A stretch of 64,000 nucleotides of DNA from an uncultured Hormoscilla sp. (GTDB taxonomy: Bacteria > Cyanobacteriota > Cyanobacteriia > Cyanobacteriales > Desertifilaceae). Under the pieces are notes generated by a model. That model was not told the origin of the DNA. It was given only the letters and a program-made list of their open reading frames with translations, and made no database searches. The number at the start of each line of letters is the position of its first letter. Position 1 is the first letter of the stretch. The position numbers were made by a program, and so were the translations under genes. This document shows positions 44,490-55,302 of the stretch, piece by piece. Location of the stretch: the NCBI GenBank assembly GCA_963921275.4, contig OZ001293.3, forward strand, positions 4,864,001 through 4,928,000, given 5' to 3'.

Positions 44490-46637
44490 TCAAGCAGAGG
44501 CTTGGCGAGCAGCAGCAGCTTCGTCGGGGTGAATTCCCAGACGGGTGAGATTAATCCGGCCCTTTTCGTCGATACTTCGCACCTTCACTATTACCTCATC
44601 ACCAACATTTACCTCGTCCTCTACTTTGGGCACGTGGCCATCAGCTAGCTGGGAGATGTGAATCATCCCTTCCTTACCTGGCAGAAACTCCACAAAGGCA
44701 CCAATGCCAATAATGCGGGTGACCCGACCGACAAAGACATCTCCCGGATTGACTTTTTTGGTCATGCCCACGATGATGTTGCGTGCCTCCCGCGCTTTTT
44801 GAGCATCGCTGGATGCTATGATCACCGTGCCATCGTCTTCGATGTCTACCTTAGCGCCTGTTTGTTCGGTAATGCCCTTGATGGTCTTACCGCCCGGTCC
44901 GATAATTAGACCGATCAGTTCTGGATCGATCTTCATCATTAGTAAGCGCGGTGCATAGGGCGACATCTCCCCACGCGGTTCGGAAATGGTTTCCAGCATT
45001 TTCTCTAAGATATGCATCCGCGCTGGTTTGGCCTCATTAATCGCTTGGGCAATCACCGACAAGGGCAAACCGGTGAGTTTCATGTCCAGTTGCAGGGCCG
45101 TAATTCCCCTGTCCGTCCCTGCTACCTTGAAGTCCATATCTCCCAAAAAATCTTCAATCCCTTGAATATCCGTGAGAATTCTCACTTCCTCACCTTCCTT
45201 GATCAAACCCATCGCTGCACCGCTGACTGGTTTGACTAGCGGGACTCCCGCATCCATCAGGGACAGGGTGGAAGCGCAGACTGAACCCATTGATGTGGAA
45301 CCATTGGAAGAAAGCACTTCCGATACTACCCGAATCACGTAGGGGAAATCTTCCTTCGCTGGTATTACCGGCGCTAAGGCCCGTTCCGCTAGGGCACCAT
45401 GACCTATTTCTCGCCGTCCAGGCGATCGCATGGGCTTTGTTTCCCCGACGGAGTAAGGTGGAAAATTGTAGTGGTGCAGATAGCGTTTTTCCGCATCCGG
45501 GTGGAGGTCATCCATTTCTTGAGCATCTCCGGATGTACCCAAGGTGACAACAGACATGACCTGAGTTAGACCTCGGTTAAACAAGGCGCTACCATGTACC
45601 CGAGTAGGCAAAACTCCCACCCTGGAAGAGATAGGACGCACTTGATCCAGCTTGCGACCGTCAACCCGCATCCCCTCCTTGATTATTTGTTCCCGCATCA
45701 ATTCCTTGGTAACCTGCTTGAAGGTATTACCTACTGCTGCGGAGTCAGCATCCGCAGCCAGGCTGATGGGGTCGTCCTCGCCCAGTTCTCCAATTTGGGT
45801 GACTACTTCGGTTTCTTTGATCTCATCTAATGCTGTATCCCGCTGATGCTTGTCCAACTCGTACTGAGAAAGCACTGCTTTGATCCTGGCAGTGGCCCGA
45901 TCGCGGATAAAATTCTCTAGGGTCGGGTCTACTGTCAGCGGTTCGGCCTTAACCAGTTCTATGCCCAGTTCGGCCATCAAATCTTGCTGTGCTTTGATCA
46001 GGTCGCAGACTGCCTCATAGCCAAAGTCGATCGCTTCTATGATATCCTGTTCTGGCAGCTGGGAGGCCCCCGCCTCTACCATGATCGCCCCATCGGGAGA
46101 ACCGGCCACCACCAGGTCTAAATCTCCATTTTCCAGTTCGCTATAGGTAGGGTTGATCACGAAGTCATCCCCCACTAACCCCACCCGTACCGCTGCCATT
46201 GGACCATTAAAGGGGATCTTCGCTAGCACTACCGCGATCGATGCACCCGTCACCGCCAGCACATCTGGAGGCACCCGATCGTCCATCGACAGGGTAGTCG
46301 CCACAATTTGGATTTCATCCCGCAACCATTGTGGAAACAAAGGACGCAAGGGACGGTCAATTAACCGGCTCGTCAGAATGGCCTTTTCGGCAGGACGGCC
46401 CTCGCGCCGCAAGAAACCTCCTGGTATCCGCCCCGCTGCGTACAGTCTTTCTTCATAATCTACCAGCAGGGGCAGAAAATCAACCCCCTCTCTTCCCGGT
46501 GCCCTGGTTGCAGTCACTAAAACAACTGTATCTCCCGATTGAATCAGTACGGAACCATTCGCCTGTGGCGCAAATAGTCCTACTTTGAGTCGAATATCCC
46601 GTCCGTCAAAGGATATTGACTTGTCTATCTCTCCCAT
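44490..46637 (-). CDS. pnp: Polyribonucleotide nucleotidyltransferase
   Basis: RNase PH domains ([15 protein letters not shown]), KH and S1 domains. Confidence 0.97.
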   Translation of the reverse strand: MGEIDKSISFDGRDIRLKVGLFAPQANGSVLIQSGDTVVLVTATRAPGREGVDFLPLLVDYEERLYAAGRIPGGFLRREGRPAEKAILTSRLIDRPLRPLFPQWLRDEIQIVATTLSMDDRVPPDVLAVTGASIAVVLAKIPFNGPMAAVRVGLVGDDFVINPTYSELENGDLDLVVAGSPDGAIMVEAGASQLPEQDIIEAIDFGYEAVCDLIKAQQDLMAELGIELVKAEPLTVDPTLENFIRDRATARIKAVLSQYELDKHQRDTALDEIKETEVVTQIGELGEDDPISLAADADSAAVGNTFKQVTKELMREQIIKEGMRVDGRKLDQVRPISSRVGVLPTRVHGSALFNRGLTQVMSVVTLGTSGDAQEMDDLHPDAEKRYLHHYNFPPYSVGETKPMRSPGRREIGHGALAERALAPVIPAKEDFPYVIRVVSEVLSSNGSTSMGSVCASTLSLMDAGVPLVKPVSGAAMGLIKEGEEVRILTDIQGIEDFLGDMDFKVAGTDRGITALQLDMKLTGLPLSVIAQAINEAKPARMHILEKMLETISEPRGEMSPYAPRLLMMKIDPELIGLIIGPGGKTIKGITEQTGAKVDIEDDGTVIIASSDAQKAREARNIIVGMTKKVNPGDVFVGRVTRIIGIGAFVEFLPGKEGMIHISQLADGHVPKVEDEVNVGDEVIVKVRSIDEKGRINLTRLGIHPDEAAAARQASA

Positions 46638-47129
46638 GCAACACTATGCCCTCTAGTTCACACTTGTTTATTTCCTAATAGTCGCAATCGTAGCATTGAT
46701 ATTAGTTGTTAGTCCCTCCCATATCTGCAAGCACCCCACCGCCAGTCGGCAGAAACTCTCCGCTTGACTCACACGTACCATATATTCTCCCTCTTGTCAA
46801 GCATCCAGCGATCGCAGCCCGTAGAGGCGAGCAGATGCCCAGAAACCGGTTTTTTTAGTTCTTCGGGATCCAGACTGGGTGTGTTATAGCATATCTACTA
46901 TAATTTGTCTATGAATAAAAAAATTGAGGCTGTTGCCCGATGCATTTTTCTCTATTGGTTGTATAATACCGATGTCAGCGCGATGTCTGAGGGGTTTTTG
47001 CATCAGCGCAGCTGCTGCGCAGCTGCTAGCATCCCGAAGACATCGAATGAGCTCGGCGTTCAGTGGTGAAAACTGTATATTACACGAGCAAATCTAACCA
47101 TAAACAATTAGCAATTAACAATTAACAAT

Positions 47130-50100
47130 ATGGGTATTTTACACGGGAGTTGGTTAAGTCAGGGCGAGTTGTTGATTTGGGGAGAAAAATGGCGCTTTGA
47201 GACGGCGGTGAAAATTACTCAGTTGGATGAGACCTATGGCCATCCTTTGGGGATGACATCTGCTGAGTTACAATCCTTTTGGGAAACTATACAACAGCAG
47301 TATAAAATTAGTTGGTCAAAGCAAGATGTGAAATGGCAAACGAGGGCTATCGCACTGCCAACGGAGATCGCTAAAGGTACTTCCGATATCTCCCTGTGTG
47401 CCGAGTCCCCTGGGGCAAGAGCACAACAGGAGATATCGAAAAGCCGGGCCGTGCGTTCCCGGGCGAGATCCAGGGAACGAGAGGAAGAAGGTTTATTTAC
47501 AGTTATACCTCAGCATTCAGCTGTCCCAAAGTCCGGAGAGGTGTTTTTGTATCCCTGGGAAGTGGAAGGACTCTGCTTAAATACCATTGCGGCGATGAAA
47601 TTTTTGCAGGCTTTGCCTCTCTCCGGACTAGACTATTCTTGGTTGGGGTCAGATTTGCGCTTTTGGTCTCACCTCAGTCGCTGGAGTATGGATCTATTGG
47701 CCAGAGGTAAGTTTTTACCCACCCTCAAGGGTAATATCGCTTGCTGGCAACCTCTCCTAGATAGCAGTATAGACCAATCCCGTCTTGTGAATTTTGCTCG
47801 GGCTATGCCTGATATTTGTCGCAGTTATATGGAAAACACTAAAGTGTTTACTACGAACGGGGAAAACACTAAAGTGTTTACTACGAACATGGGGAATAGC
47901 ATCAGTTTGCCGATGGCGCTACGCTGGGGGCGCCAGCCGTGCGCACCCCAAGGGTTGATTAAGGAATTCTTGAGTCGGGCGATCGATTGCCAAGTGCGAG
48001 TTGTAGCGGGTGCCAATTCTCTCCCCAACATAGCATCTCCAGTATGGGAGTGGCTATCCGCTTTAACTCAGGAAAATGCAACTATCCATGGGACTGGGAT
48101 AGAAAGCATTTCTACGGCCCTCGATCGTTGGACAGCACCGGTACAACACCTGCTACAAGGACGGCAAGGTTTCTTGACTTGTTTTAAGCTGCATCCTCCA
48201 AGTAAGCAAGATTGGATGCTGGAGTATTGCTTGCAAGCGGCTGATGACCCAGAATTTATCGTAGATGCAACTACTATATGGAATAATCCCGTTGAAGGTT
48301 TGGTGGTTCGCGATCGCGCCATTAAGCAACCGCAAGAAACTTTCCTGAGTGGTTTGGGTTTAGCTTCCAGGTTGTTCCCACCAATTGAAGCCAGTTTAGA
48401 AAGCCAACGTCCTCTTTTCTGTCGCCTGACACCGGTGCAAGCCTATGAGTTTATTAAGTCGGCGGCCTGGCGTTTCCAAGATAGCGGTTTGGGAGTAATT
48501 TTACCCCCATCTCTGGCAAATAGAGAGGGGTTGGCTAGTCGCTTGGGGTTAAGTATTCGCGCTATGATGCCGAATTTAAAAAAGACAGAAAAAATTGGGT
48601 TGCAGAGTCTGCTGAATTTCAAGTGGAAATTGACGATCGGGCAACAGCGTTTGTCGGAAGCTGAGTTTAAGGAACTGATCGCGAAGGGTTCTCCCTTGGT
48701 GGAAATAAATGAAGAATGGGTGGAGTTGCGACCCCAGGATGTCCGCGCCGCTGAGGAGTTCTTTGCTAGTCGCAAAGATAAGGTGAATCTTTCCTTAGAA
48801 GATGCTTTGCGGATCGGTACGGGGGATACCCAGACGATTGAAAAGCTGCCAGTAGTGAGTTTTGAGGCGTCCGGAGTGCTGCAAGAGTTACTCGCTAACT
48901 TGACGGATAATCGATCTATAAAGGCGATCGCCACTCCGGCCAATTTCCGAGGCGAGTTGCGTCCTTACCAGGCCCGGGGTGCTAGTTGGCTGGCATTTTT
49001 GCAGCGCTGGGGTTTGGGTGCTTGTCTCGCAGATGATATGGGGTTGGGAAAGACGATCGAACTGATTGCTTTTCTGCTGCACTTGCAAGAACAAGATGCC
49101 CTGACAGGACCGACCCTGCTAGTTTGTCCTACTTCAGTATTAGGGAATTGGGAGCGAGAAGTCAAGAAATTTGCCCCCACCCTGAAAACTCTGGTGCATC
49201 ACGGGGAGAAACGGGCCAAAGATCAGGATTTTGCTCGGACGATTCAGGATCGGGATTTGATCGTTACCAGTTATAGTCTAGCTTTCCGGGATGAAAAGGA
49301 ACTCTCAAGTGTTGAATGGCAAGCTGTGGTTTTGGATGAGGCTCAGAACATTAAAAATCCCGGCAGCAAGCAGTCCCAAGCGGTGCGCCAGTTGCCGACA
49401 GAGTTGAGAATTGCCCTGACAGGAACTCCGGTAGAAAATAAGCTGCAAGAATTGTGGTCCATTATGGATTTCCTCAATCCCGGCTATTTGGGCACGCGGC
49501 AATTTTTCCAGCGCCGGTTTGCCATGCCCATTGAAAAGTATGGAGACCCCTCATCTTTGCAGACTTTGCGATCGCTTGTCGGACCCTTTATCCTCCGCCG
49601 CCTGAAGACCGATCGAGATATCATCCAAGATTTGCCAGAGAAACAGGAGATGACAGTATTCTGCGGACTAACCCCAATACAAGCGGAACTATATCAGCAG
49701 GTTGTCGATCAATCCTTAGCCCAGATAGATATATATGATGGGCTAGTGCGTCACGGACTAATTATCGCTTTGCTGACTAAACTCAAGCAAATTTGCAATC
49801 ATCCCGCCCAATTCCGCAAGCAAAAAACCTTGACAAATCCCCAGCAATCTAATAAACTAATGCGGTTAGAGTCAATGCTGTCAGAGGCGATCGCAGCCGG
49901 CGATCGTGTTTTAATATTCACCCAATTTGCGGAATGGGGCAAATTGTTGAAACCATATCTGGAACAGCAGTTAGGAGAGGAAGTGTTGCTACTGTATGGG
50001 AACACCCGCAAAAAGCAACGGGAGGAGATGATAGATCGCTTCCAGCAGGATCCGCAAGGGCCAAAAATCATGATTTTGTCTCTGAAAGCGGGGGGTGTGG

Positions 50101-50396
50101 GACTAAACTTAACGCGGGCCAATCACGTATTTCACTTTGACCGTTGGTGGAACCCAGCGGTGGAAAATCAAGCAACCGATCGGGCCTTCAGAATTGGTCA
50201 AACCCGCAATGTGCAGGTGCATAAGTTTGTCTGTAGTGGGACTTTGGAGGAGAAGATCCACGAAATGATTGAAAGTAAAAAACTGCTGGCAGAACAAGTA
50301 GTAGGTACGGGAGAAAAGTGGTTGGCAGAACTAGATAGTGACCGGTTGCGGGATCTACTATTACTCGATCGCAGTGCCATAAGAGATGAAGAATAA
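47130..50396 (+). CDS. SNF2-family helicase
   Basis: LADDMGLGKT, DEAQNIKN, LTGTPVEN, WWNPAVENQATDRAFRIGQ. Confidence 0.95.
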   Translation: MGILHGSWLSQGELLIWGEKWRFETAVKITQLDETYGHPLGMTSAELQSFWETIQQQYKISWSKQDVKWQTRAIALPTEIAKGTSDISLCAESPGARAQQEISKSRAVRSRARSREREEEGLFTVIPQHSAVPKSGEVFLYPWEVEGLCLNTIAAMKFLQALPLSGLDYSWLGSDLRFWSHLSRWSMDLLARGKFLPTLKGNIACWQPLLDSSIDQSRLVNFARAMPDICRSYMENTKVFTTNGENTKVFTTNMGNSISLPMALRWGRQPCAPQGLIKEFLSRAIDCQVRVVAGANSLPNIASPVWEWLSALTQENATIHGTGIESISTALDRWTAPVQHLLQGRQGFLTCFKLHPPSKQDWMLEYCLQAADDPEFIVDATTIWNNPVEGLVVRDRAIKQPQETFLSGLGLASRLFPPIEASLESQRPLFCRLTPVQAYEFIKSAAWRFQDSGLGVILPPSLANREGLASRLGLSIRAMMPNLKKTEKIGLQSLLNFKWKLTIGQQRLSEAEFKELIAKGSPLVEINEEWVELRPQDVRAAEEFFASRKDKVNLSLEDALRIGTGDTQTIEKLPVVSFEASGVLQELLANLTDNRSIKAIATPANFRGELRPYQARGASWLAFLQRWGLGACLADDMGLGKTIELIAFLLHLQEQDALTGPTLLVCPTSVLGNWEREVKKFAPTLKTLVHHGEKRAKDQDFARTIQDRDLIVTSYSLAFRDEKELSSVEWQAVVLDEAQNIKNPGSKQSQAVRQLPTELRIALTGTPVENKLQELWSIMDFLNPGYLGTRQFFQRRFAMPIEKYGDPSSLQTLRSLVGPFILRRLKTDRDIIQDLPEKQEMTVFCGLTPIQAELYQQVVDQSLAQIDIYDGLVRHGLIIALLTKLKQICNHPAQFRKQKTLTNPQQSNKLMRLESMLSEAIAAGDRVLIFTQFAEWGKLLKPYLEQQLGEEVLLLYGNTRKKQREEMIDRFQQDPQGPKIMILSLKAGGVGLNLTRANHVFHFDRWWNPAVENQATDRAFRIGQTRNVQVHKFVCSGTLEEKIHEMIESKKLLAEQVVGTGEKWLAELDSDRLRDLLLLDRSAIRDEE

Positions 50397-50466
50397 TGGT
50401 GAATAATAAATGGTGAATTACGAAAAAAAGATATAATGGAGAATAGCACATAGTAGGAGATTGGTA

Positions 50467-51267
50467 ATGAATGAACTAGCAACGCTACCCACCCCATCCA
50501 ATCCGCCTCTTGCACCCCGGCAAACATTACCGACGATGTACGACCTGCCCAGCGAAGATCCTGAGGAAATCCGGATGCCAGATGAATATCACGAACTACA
50601 GTCAATGCTGTTGCGATTTACGTTCCGACCGGATAATTTTCCCTGGGAGCAAGTGTTTGTGGGAACCGATCTCAACATTTACTACGATCGCCATCATCTG
50701 AATTGGTATAAACGTCCGGATTGGTTTGCGGTGGTAGGAGTAGAACGACTCTACGAAGGTCGCGATATACGAGATAGCTATGTCATGTGGCAAGAACTGG
50801 TCAGTCCATTTGTTATAGTTGAACTATTGTCCCCCAGTACGGAAAATGAAGATTTGGGCCGGACCGTACGCCAACCGGGAAACCCACCAACTAAGTGGGA
50901 AGTTTACTCCCAAATTCTGCGCGTTCCTTACTACGTTGTGTTCAGTCGCCTCAACAATGAATTTCAGGCATTTCATTTGGTGGGCGATCGATACCAACCA
51001 GTTTCCCTGAGTAATGGGCGTTTGCTCATTCGAGAAGTGGAGCTGAGTTTAGGTTTGTGGCGAGGGAGTTATGAAGGTATTAACCGGCTGTGGTTGCGGT
51101 GGTTTATGGCTGATGGTCAATTGATTCTGACTCCTAATGAGGAAGCAGCCGCAGCTGAACAACGAGCCACTGAAGCTGAGCAACGACTTCAAGAAGCGAC
51201 ACAACTTGCTGAACTGCTCGCAGCAAAACTGCGGGAGTTAAATATTGACCCGAATTCACTCGGTTGA
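50467..51267 (+). CDS. Uma2-family endonuclease-fold protein
   Basis: LPTMYDLPSEDPEE, RPDWF, VELLSPST. Confidence 0.88.
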   Translation: MNELATLPTPSNPPLAPRQTLPTMYDLPSEDPEEIRMPDEYHELQSMLLRFTFRPDNFPWEQVFVGTDLNIYYDRHHLNWYKRPDWFAVVGVERLYEGRDIRDSYVMWQELVSPFVIVELLSPSTENEDLGRTVRQPGNPPTKWEVYSQILRVPYYVVFSRLNNEFQAFHLVGDRYQPVSLSNGRLLIREVELSLGLWRGSYEGINRLWLRWFMADGQLILTPNEEAAAAEQRATEAEQRLQEATQLAELLAAKLRELNIDPNSLG

Positions 51268-51353
51268 TGTGGGGGACGATCGCTGCTCGTGCAGGATCGA
51301 TCGCCCTTTGGAGAGTAATTGAGAATAGTGAATTGAGCATGGTGAATGGAGAG

Positions 51354-52172
51354 ATGACGAATTCGACAATCCAACGGGAATGGTGGACGGAAAGATGGTT
51401 AGAACTGTTAGATAAATACCGTTTTAAGAAGCGTTTAGAAAGGGCGCGAAACTATGCGCGAGAGGGAAATGTTCTCAGCATTGAGTTTCAAGACCAGAAG
51501 GTAGTGGCCAAAGTGCAGGGGTCAGAAGCAGAACCCTACCAACTTTCAATCTGGATTGATACTTTCACGGATGAAGAATGGGATTATGTAATTGAAACTA
51601 TGTCTCAGCGGGCAATATTTGCGGCCAAGTTGCTAGCCGGAGAAATGCCCGATAATATAGAAGAGGTGTTTACTGCCAATGGGTTGAGTCTGTTTCCCTT
51701 CACCTTGCAAGAAGTGCGATCGCAATGTAATTGTCCGGATAAAGCTAATCCTTGCAAGCATATAGGGGCGGTTTACTATTTGTTGGGCGATCGCTTCTGT
51801 GAGGATCCCTTTGTAATCTTCCAGTTAAGGGGGCGGAAAAAAGAGCAAATTATCGGCAAACTTCGCCAGCTAAGAAGTGCCGAACCAGAGGAGTCTGATA
51901 ATAATAGAACTGAGATAGAACCGGAAAGTACCAACTTTCAACCTCCCAAAATTGACCAATTCTGGAAATACGAGGCCCAACTGGATCCGGCCCTAGTGGT
52001 AATAGCGCCACCGCCAAGTAATGAAACTATTATCTATGTCTTAGGAACGATACCTTTACCAGGGGAAGCAGGAAAAGTGGGAAATGCAGAAGCAGTAATG
52101 CAGTATTTGCAGACAGTTTATCAGCAGGTAAGTCAGCAGGCGATGATGACGGCTTTGCATCGAGATAATTAA
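51354..52172 (+). CDS. SWIM zinc-finger protein
   Basis: RLERARNYAREG; CNCPD..NPCKH; typical SNF2 partner. Confidence 0.9.
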   Translation: MTNSTIQREWWTERWLELLDKYRFKKRLERARNYAREGNVLSIEFQDQKVVAKVQGSEAEPYQLSIWIDTFTDEEWDYVIETMSQRAIFAAKLLAGEMPDNIEEVFTANGLSLFPFTLQEVRSQCNCPDKANPCKHIGAVYYLLGDRFCEDPFVIFQLRGRKKEQIIGKLRQLRSAEPEESDNNRTEIEPESTNFQPPKIDQFWKYEAQLDPALVVIAPPPSNETIIYVLGTIPLPGEAGKVGNAEAVMQYLQTVYQQVSQQAMMTALHRDN

Positions 52173-52338
52173 TTTAGAATGGAGAATGTAGAATTAAGAA
52201 TTGTTGATAATTTATTCATGTCTATAGCAGCCCGCACTAGCGATCGTCGCGCACTGGGTATCGGAACGCGCTATTTGCCATTTTCAATTCTCATGCTCCC
52301 AATGCTATATAATCGATCGGAGACATTAACAAGCAAGT

Positions 52339-52970
52339 ATGAAGCGTAGAGATTTTATCTATCTGGTGGGTGCGTCCGCTGGTTAAGTCTACGCGGCGAT
52401 GATTGCCCTAGACTTACTAAAACAACCAGCAACCGCCAGGAGTAAATTTGAACTTTTCGGCAACAACAAGGGCAAAAAAATTGTCATCCTGGGGGCTGGT
52501 ATTGCTGGCATGGCAGCAGCTTACGAACTGGAAAAAATTGGCTACGACTGCACCATCTTAGAAGCCGGAAGCCAGGAACGTGCCGGAGGTCGCTGCTGGA
52601 CAGTCCGCCAAGGCACAGTAGAAACAGAGATTAGCGGCGAAAGGCAAGTCGCTAACTTCAATGCCGGACTGTACTTTAATCCGGGTCCAGCGCGGATACC
52701 CCAGCACCACATTACCCTAGACTATTGCCAAGAATTGGGCGTCCCCATAGAAGTTTTTACCAACGTTAACGAAGCAGCCTACTACTATAATGAAGGTGTC
52801 GGACCTCTATCGAATCTCCGATTTTTCCGGAACGGTGTGCGGATCCGCGAGGCTAAAACAGATATGCGGGGCTATATGACAGAATTACTCGCTAAGGCGA
52901 TCGACCAAGATGCCCTAGATCTGCCACTGACAACCGAAGACATAGAAAAAATGCTCGAATTTCTCCACAG
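52339..52970 (+). pseudogene. Flavin monoamine/L-amino-acid oxidase, nonsense-interrupted and truncated
   Basis: Tat-like MKRRDF, TAA at 52384, GAGIAG and RAGGRCWT motifs; homology ends near 52970. Confidence 0.8.
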
Positions 52971-53083
52971 AGATGGTAAATCAGCAGGTGATGGACAAAC
53001 CAGGCGCGACCGTAGATACTAACCCAGATTAAGGTCAAGGCCCGCCCAGTTGACGCTCGCGCCCAACCAGCAGATTTAGGAGT
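52971..53083 (+). pseudogene. Collapsed duplicate of tlyA
   Basis: Blocks match 53517-53591 and 53840-53880. Confidence 0.7.
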
Positions 53084-53244
53084 GAAAGTGGGAAATTGGG
53101 AACAACTCTCTTGGTTTGAGAGAAGGAATGTTCTTAGGCATGGAGCGCCCTCAATTCATAGGTTTGCTGAGTAGGTTCTTGTTGTTAGAGAGTCAAAAAA
53201 TTATGCAGTTCCTTAATAGACACAGGTGCTATATAAATGTTATG

Positions 53245-53400
53245 TTATGATTCATAAACTTCTTGAAAAGACTCGATCGCCTCTTGAATCTTCCTAATAG
53301 CATTAGCTTGGGGGATTCCTTGACCGACTAGACTATTCTCCAAACATAAAGCCACCCAGTAACTTGCGCTTTGACTCAAGACCACTGTGTAAAAATCTAT
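53245..53400 (-). pseudogene. HicB-like antitoxin fragment
   Basis: DFYTVVL.QS..YWVALCLEN.LVGQG...AI.KIQEAI; start appears mutated to ATA. Confidence 0.5.
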
Positions 53401-53412
53401 GACTATTCCTCT

Positions 53413-54237
53413 ATGAGAGAACCGCTGGCTAAACAACGACTGGACAGTTTATTAGTAGAATTGAAATTATGCGAGTCGCGCCAATTGGCCCAGCGGCTAA
53501 TTCGGGCAGGAGAAGTGATGGTAAATCAGCAAGTGATTGACAAACCTGGCACGACCGTAGATACTAACTCCCAGATTAAGGTCAAGGCCCGATCGCCCTT
53601 CGTCTCCAGAGGCGGGGAAAAGCTAGCTACAGCCCTAGAGGTCTTTGCCATACCGGTGCAAGACCGGGTATGCTTGGATAGTGGCATTTCCACAGGCGGT
53701 TTTACCGACTGTCTGCTGCAAGGGGGGGCGGCACTGGTTTATGGTATTGATGTGGGTTACGGACAAGTTGACTGGCGCTTGCGCCAAGACCCCAGGGTGA
53801 TATTGCTCGAACGCACTAATTTGCGATATCTTACTCCTGCCCAGTTGTACGATCGTGCTGGACCAGCAGATTTAGGAGTGGTGGATGTCTCGTTTATCTC
53901 CCTGACCAAAATTATGCCTGCTCTCTGGCAGCTACTTTCGCCTCCCAGAGAGGTAATATTGTTAGTGAAGCCGCAGTTTGAAGTCGGGCGCGGGCGTGTG
54001 GGCAAAAAAGGCGTAGTGCGAGACCCCCAAGACCGGGCCAATGCAATACTACAAGTGTGGCAAACTGCATTACAGCTGGGGTGGCGCGATCGGGGCTTAA
54101 TGCGATCGCCTCTAACAGGTCCAGCTGGTAATATAGAATATCTCCTCTGGCTAGGAATAGACAGCCATACCCCAGGGCTTACTCCTGAGGAGATATCTCA
54201 GATCGCCCAAGCTGGCCCAAAAGGCGATATCAACTGA
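53413..54237 (+). CDS. tlyA: TlyA-family rRNA methyltransferase
   Basis: AKQRLD S4 domain, FVSRGGEKL, GISTGGFTD, DVSFISL, VKPQFE. Confidence 0.93.
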   Translation: MREPLAKQRLDSLLVELKLCESRQLAQRLIRAGEVMVNQQVIDKPGTTVDTNSQIKVKARSPFVSRGGEKLATALEVFAIPVQDRVCLDSGISTGGFTDCLLQGGAALVYGIDVGYGQVDWRLRQDPRVILLERTNLRYLTPAQLYDRAGPADLGVVDVSFISLTKIMPALWQLLSPPREVILLVKPQFEVGRGRVGKKGVVRDPQDRANAILQVWQTALQLGWRDRGLMRSPLTGPAGNIEYLLWLGIDSHTPGLTPEEISQIAQAGPKGDIN

Positions 54238-54269
54238 CAAGTAAGTTCTTTGCGATCTACCCGGATTAA

Positions 54270-55022
54270 ATGAAAAGTAAAAACCAGCAACTTATCTATC
54301 TCATCTTGACGCGCACAATCCTTTATCTAGGGGTGATATCTATTGTTATTGGTTTGGTGAGGTGGCTGAAAGAATTATCAATTTGGTTCGCAGATAAATA
54401 CTTATACAGCATTCCCTTGATCGGCGATATATTGCGAAGTGTAGAAATAATCGATCTGGCAAACATCGTATTATTTGCCATCCTGGGAATGGCATTTGGC
54501 TTGGCAAGCATCCTGTTGCCCAGGAAGCTGAGGCTGAAAATCAGCGCTATACTTTTAATTCCTATAGTGGCCATAATATTTAATACCACTAGCGTCATCA
54601 GATACAGGCAATGGGTAGAAGAAGTGGGAGTGCAAGAGAAACTTTCTACGGCTGAAGCCACAGGTCTAACCAATGCATTTTTGACCAGTCAAGTGGGAAA
54701 GAAGGGCTTCTGGGGTTTCTATTTATATACGGCAGAATATTCTATGCTCCCTAAAAATAAAATCGAAATGCGGGAAATGAAAAAAATAGATGATCAACTG
54801 AAATTAGCATTGATTAAAATTGTCGGCAAAAAATTTTCTTTGCTAGTAAAATTAATGTTTGCACTGGTAGGCTGGTTGATAAAATCATTTTATTTGACAA
54901 TCTCACTCATAGCAACAATTTCCCATTTTAAGTATGGGATGAGCGCATCAGAAATGCTGCATATGCAAGCAGACCAAATTATAGAAAAACTCAATCAACC
55001 TAAGAGGAAGTCTGTATCGTAA
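54270..55022 (+). CDS. Hypothetical membrane protein
   Basis: 250-aa ORF with about four hydrophobic segments. Confidence 0.7.
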   Translation: MKSKNQQLIYLILTRTILYLGVISIVIGLVRWLKELSIWFADKYLYSIPLIGDILRSVEIIDLANIVLFAILGMAFGLASILLPRKLRLKISAILLIPIVAIIFNTTSVIRYRQWVEEVGVQEKLSTAEATGLTNAFLTSQVGKKGFWGFYLYTAEYSMLPKNKIEMREMKKIDDQLKLALIKIVGKKFSLLVKLMFALVGWLIKSFYLTISLIATISHFKYGMSASEMLHMQADQIIEKLNQPKRKSVS

Positions 55023-55302
55023 GTGGCCGCAACCAATATTCCTAGAGCGTCGGTTCGGTAGCAGGGAGCTTTCTCGACGAGAATATGTCAATGAAAGGCG
55101 CTATAATAGCTACTCACCTAAAGAAGAAAATAGTCTCGTAGCCGAGCATTCCCAGACCCGGCCAACGAGTGCGAACCCAACCTAGAACATTACTATTTTT
55201 GCAAATATGAGATGCACCTCCTATTGCCAAGGTAGAAGTAGAATATGGACAATTAACTATTAGCAATATCGCTCCAGCGTCACTCACTGCGTATACGGAA
55301 TT

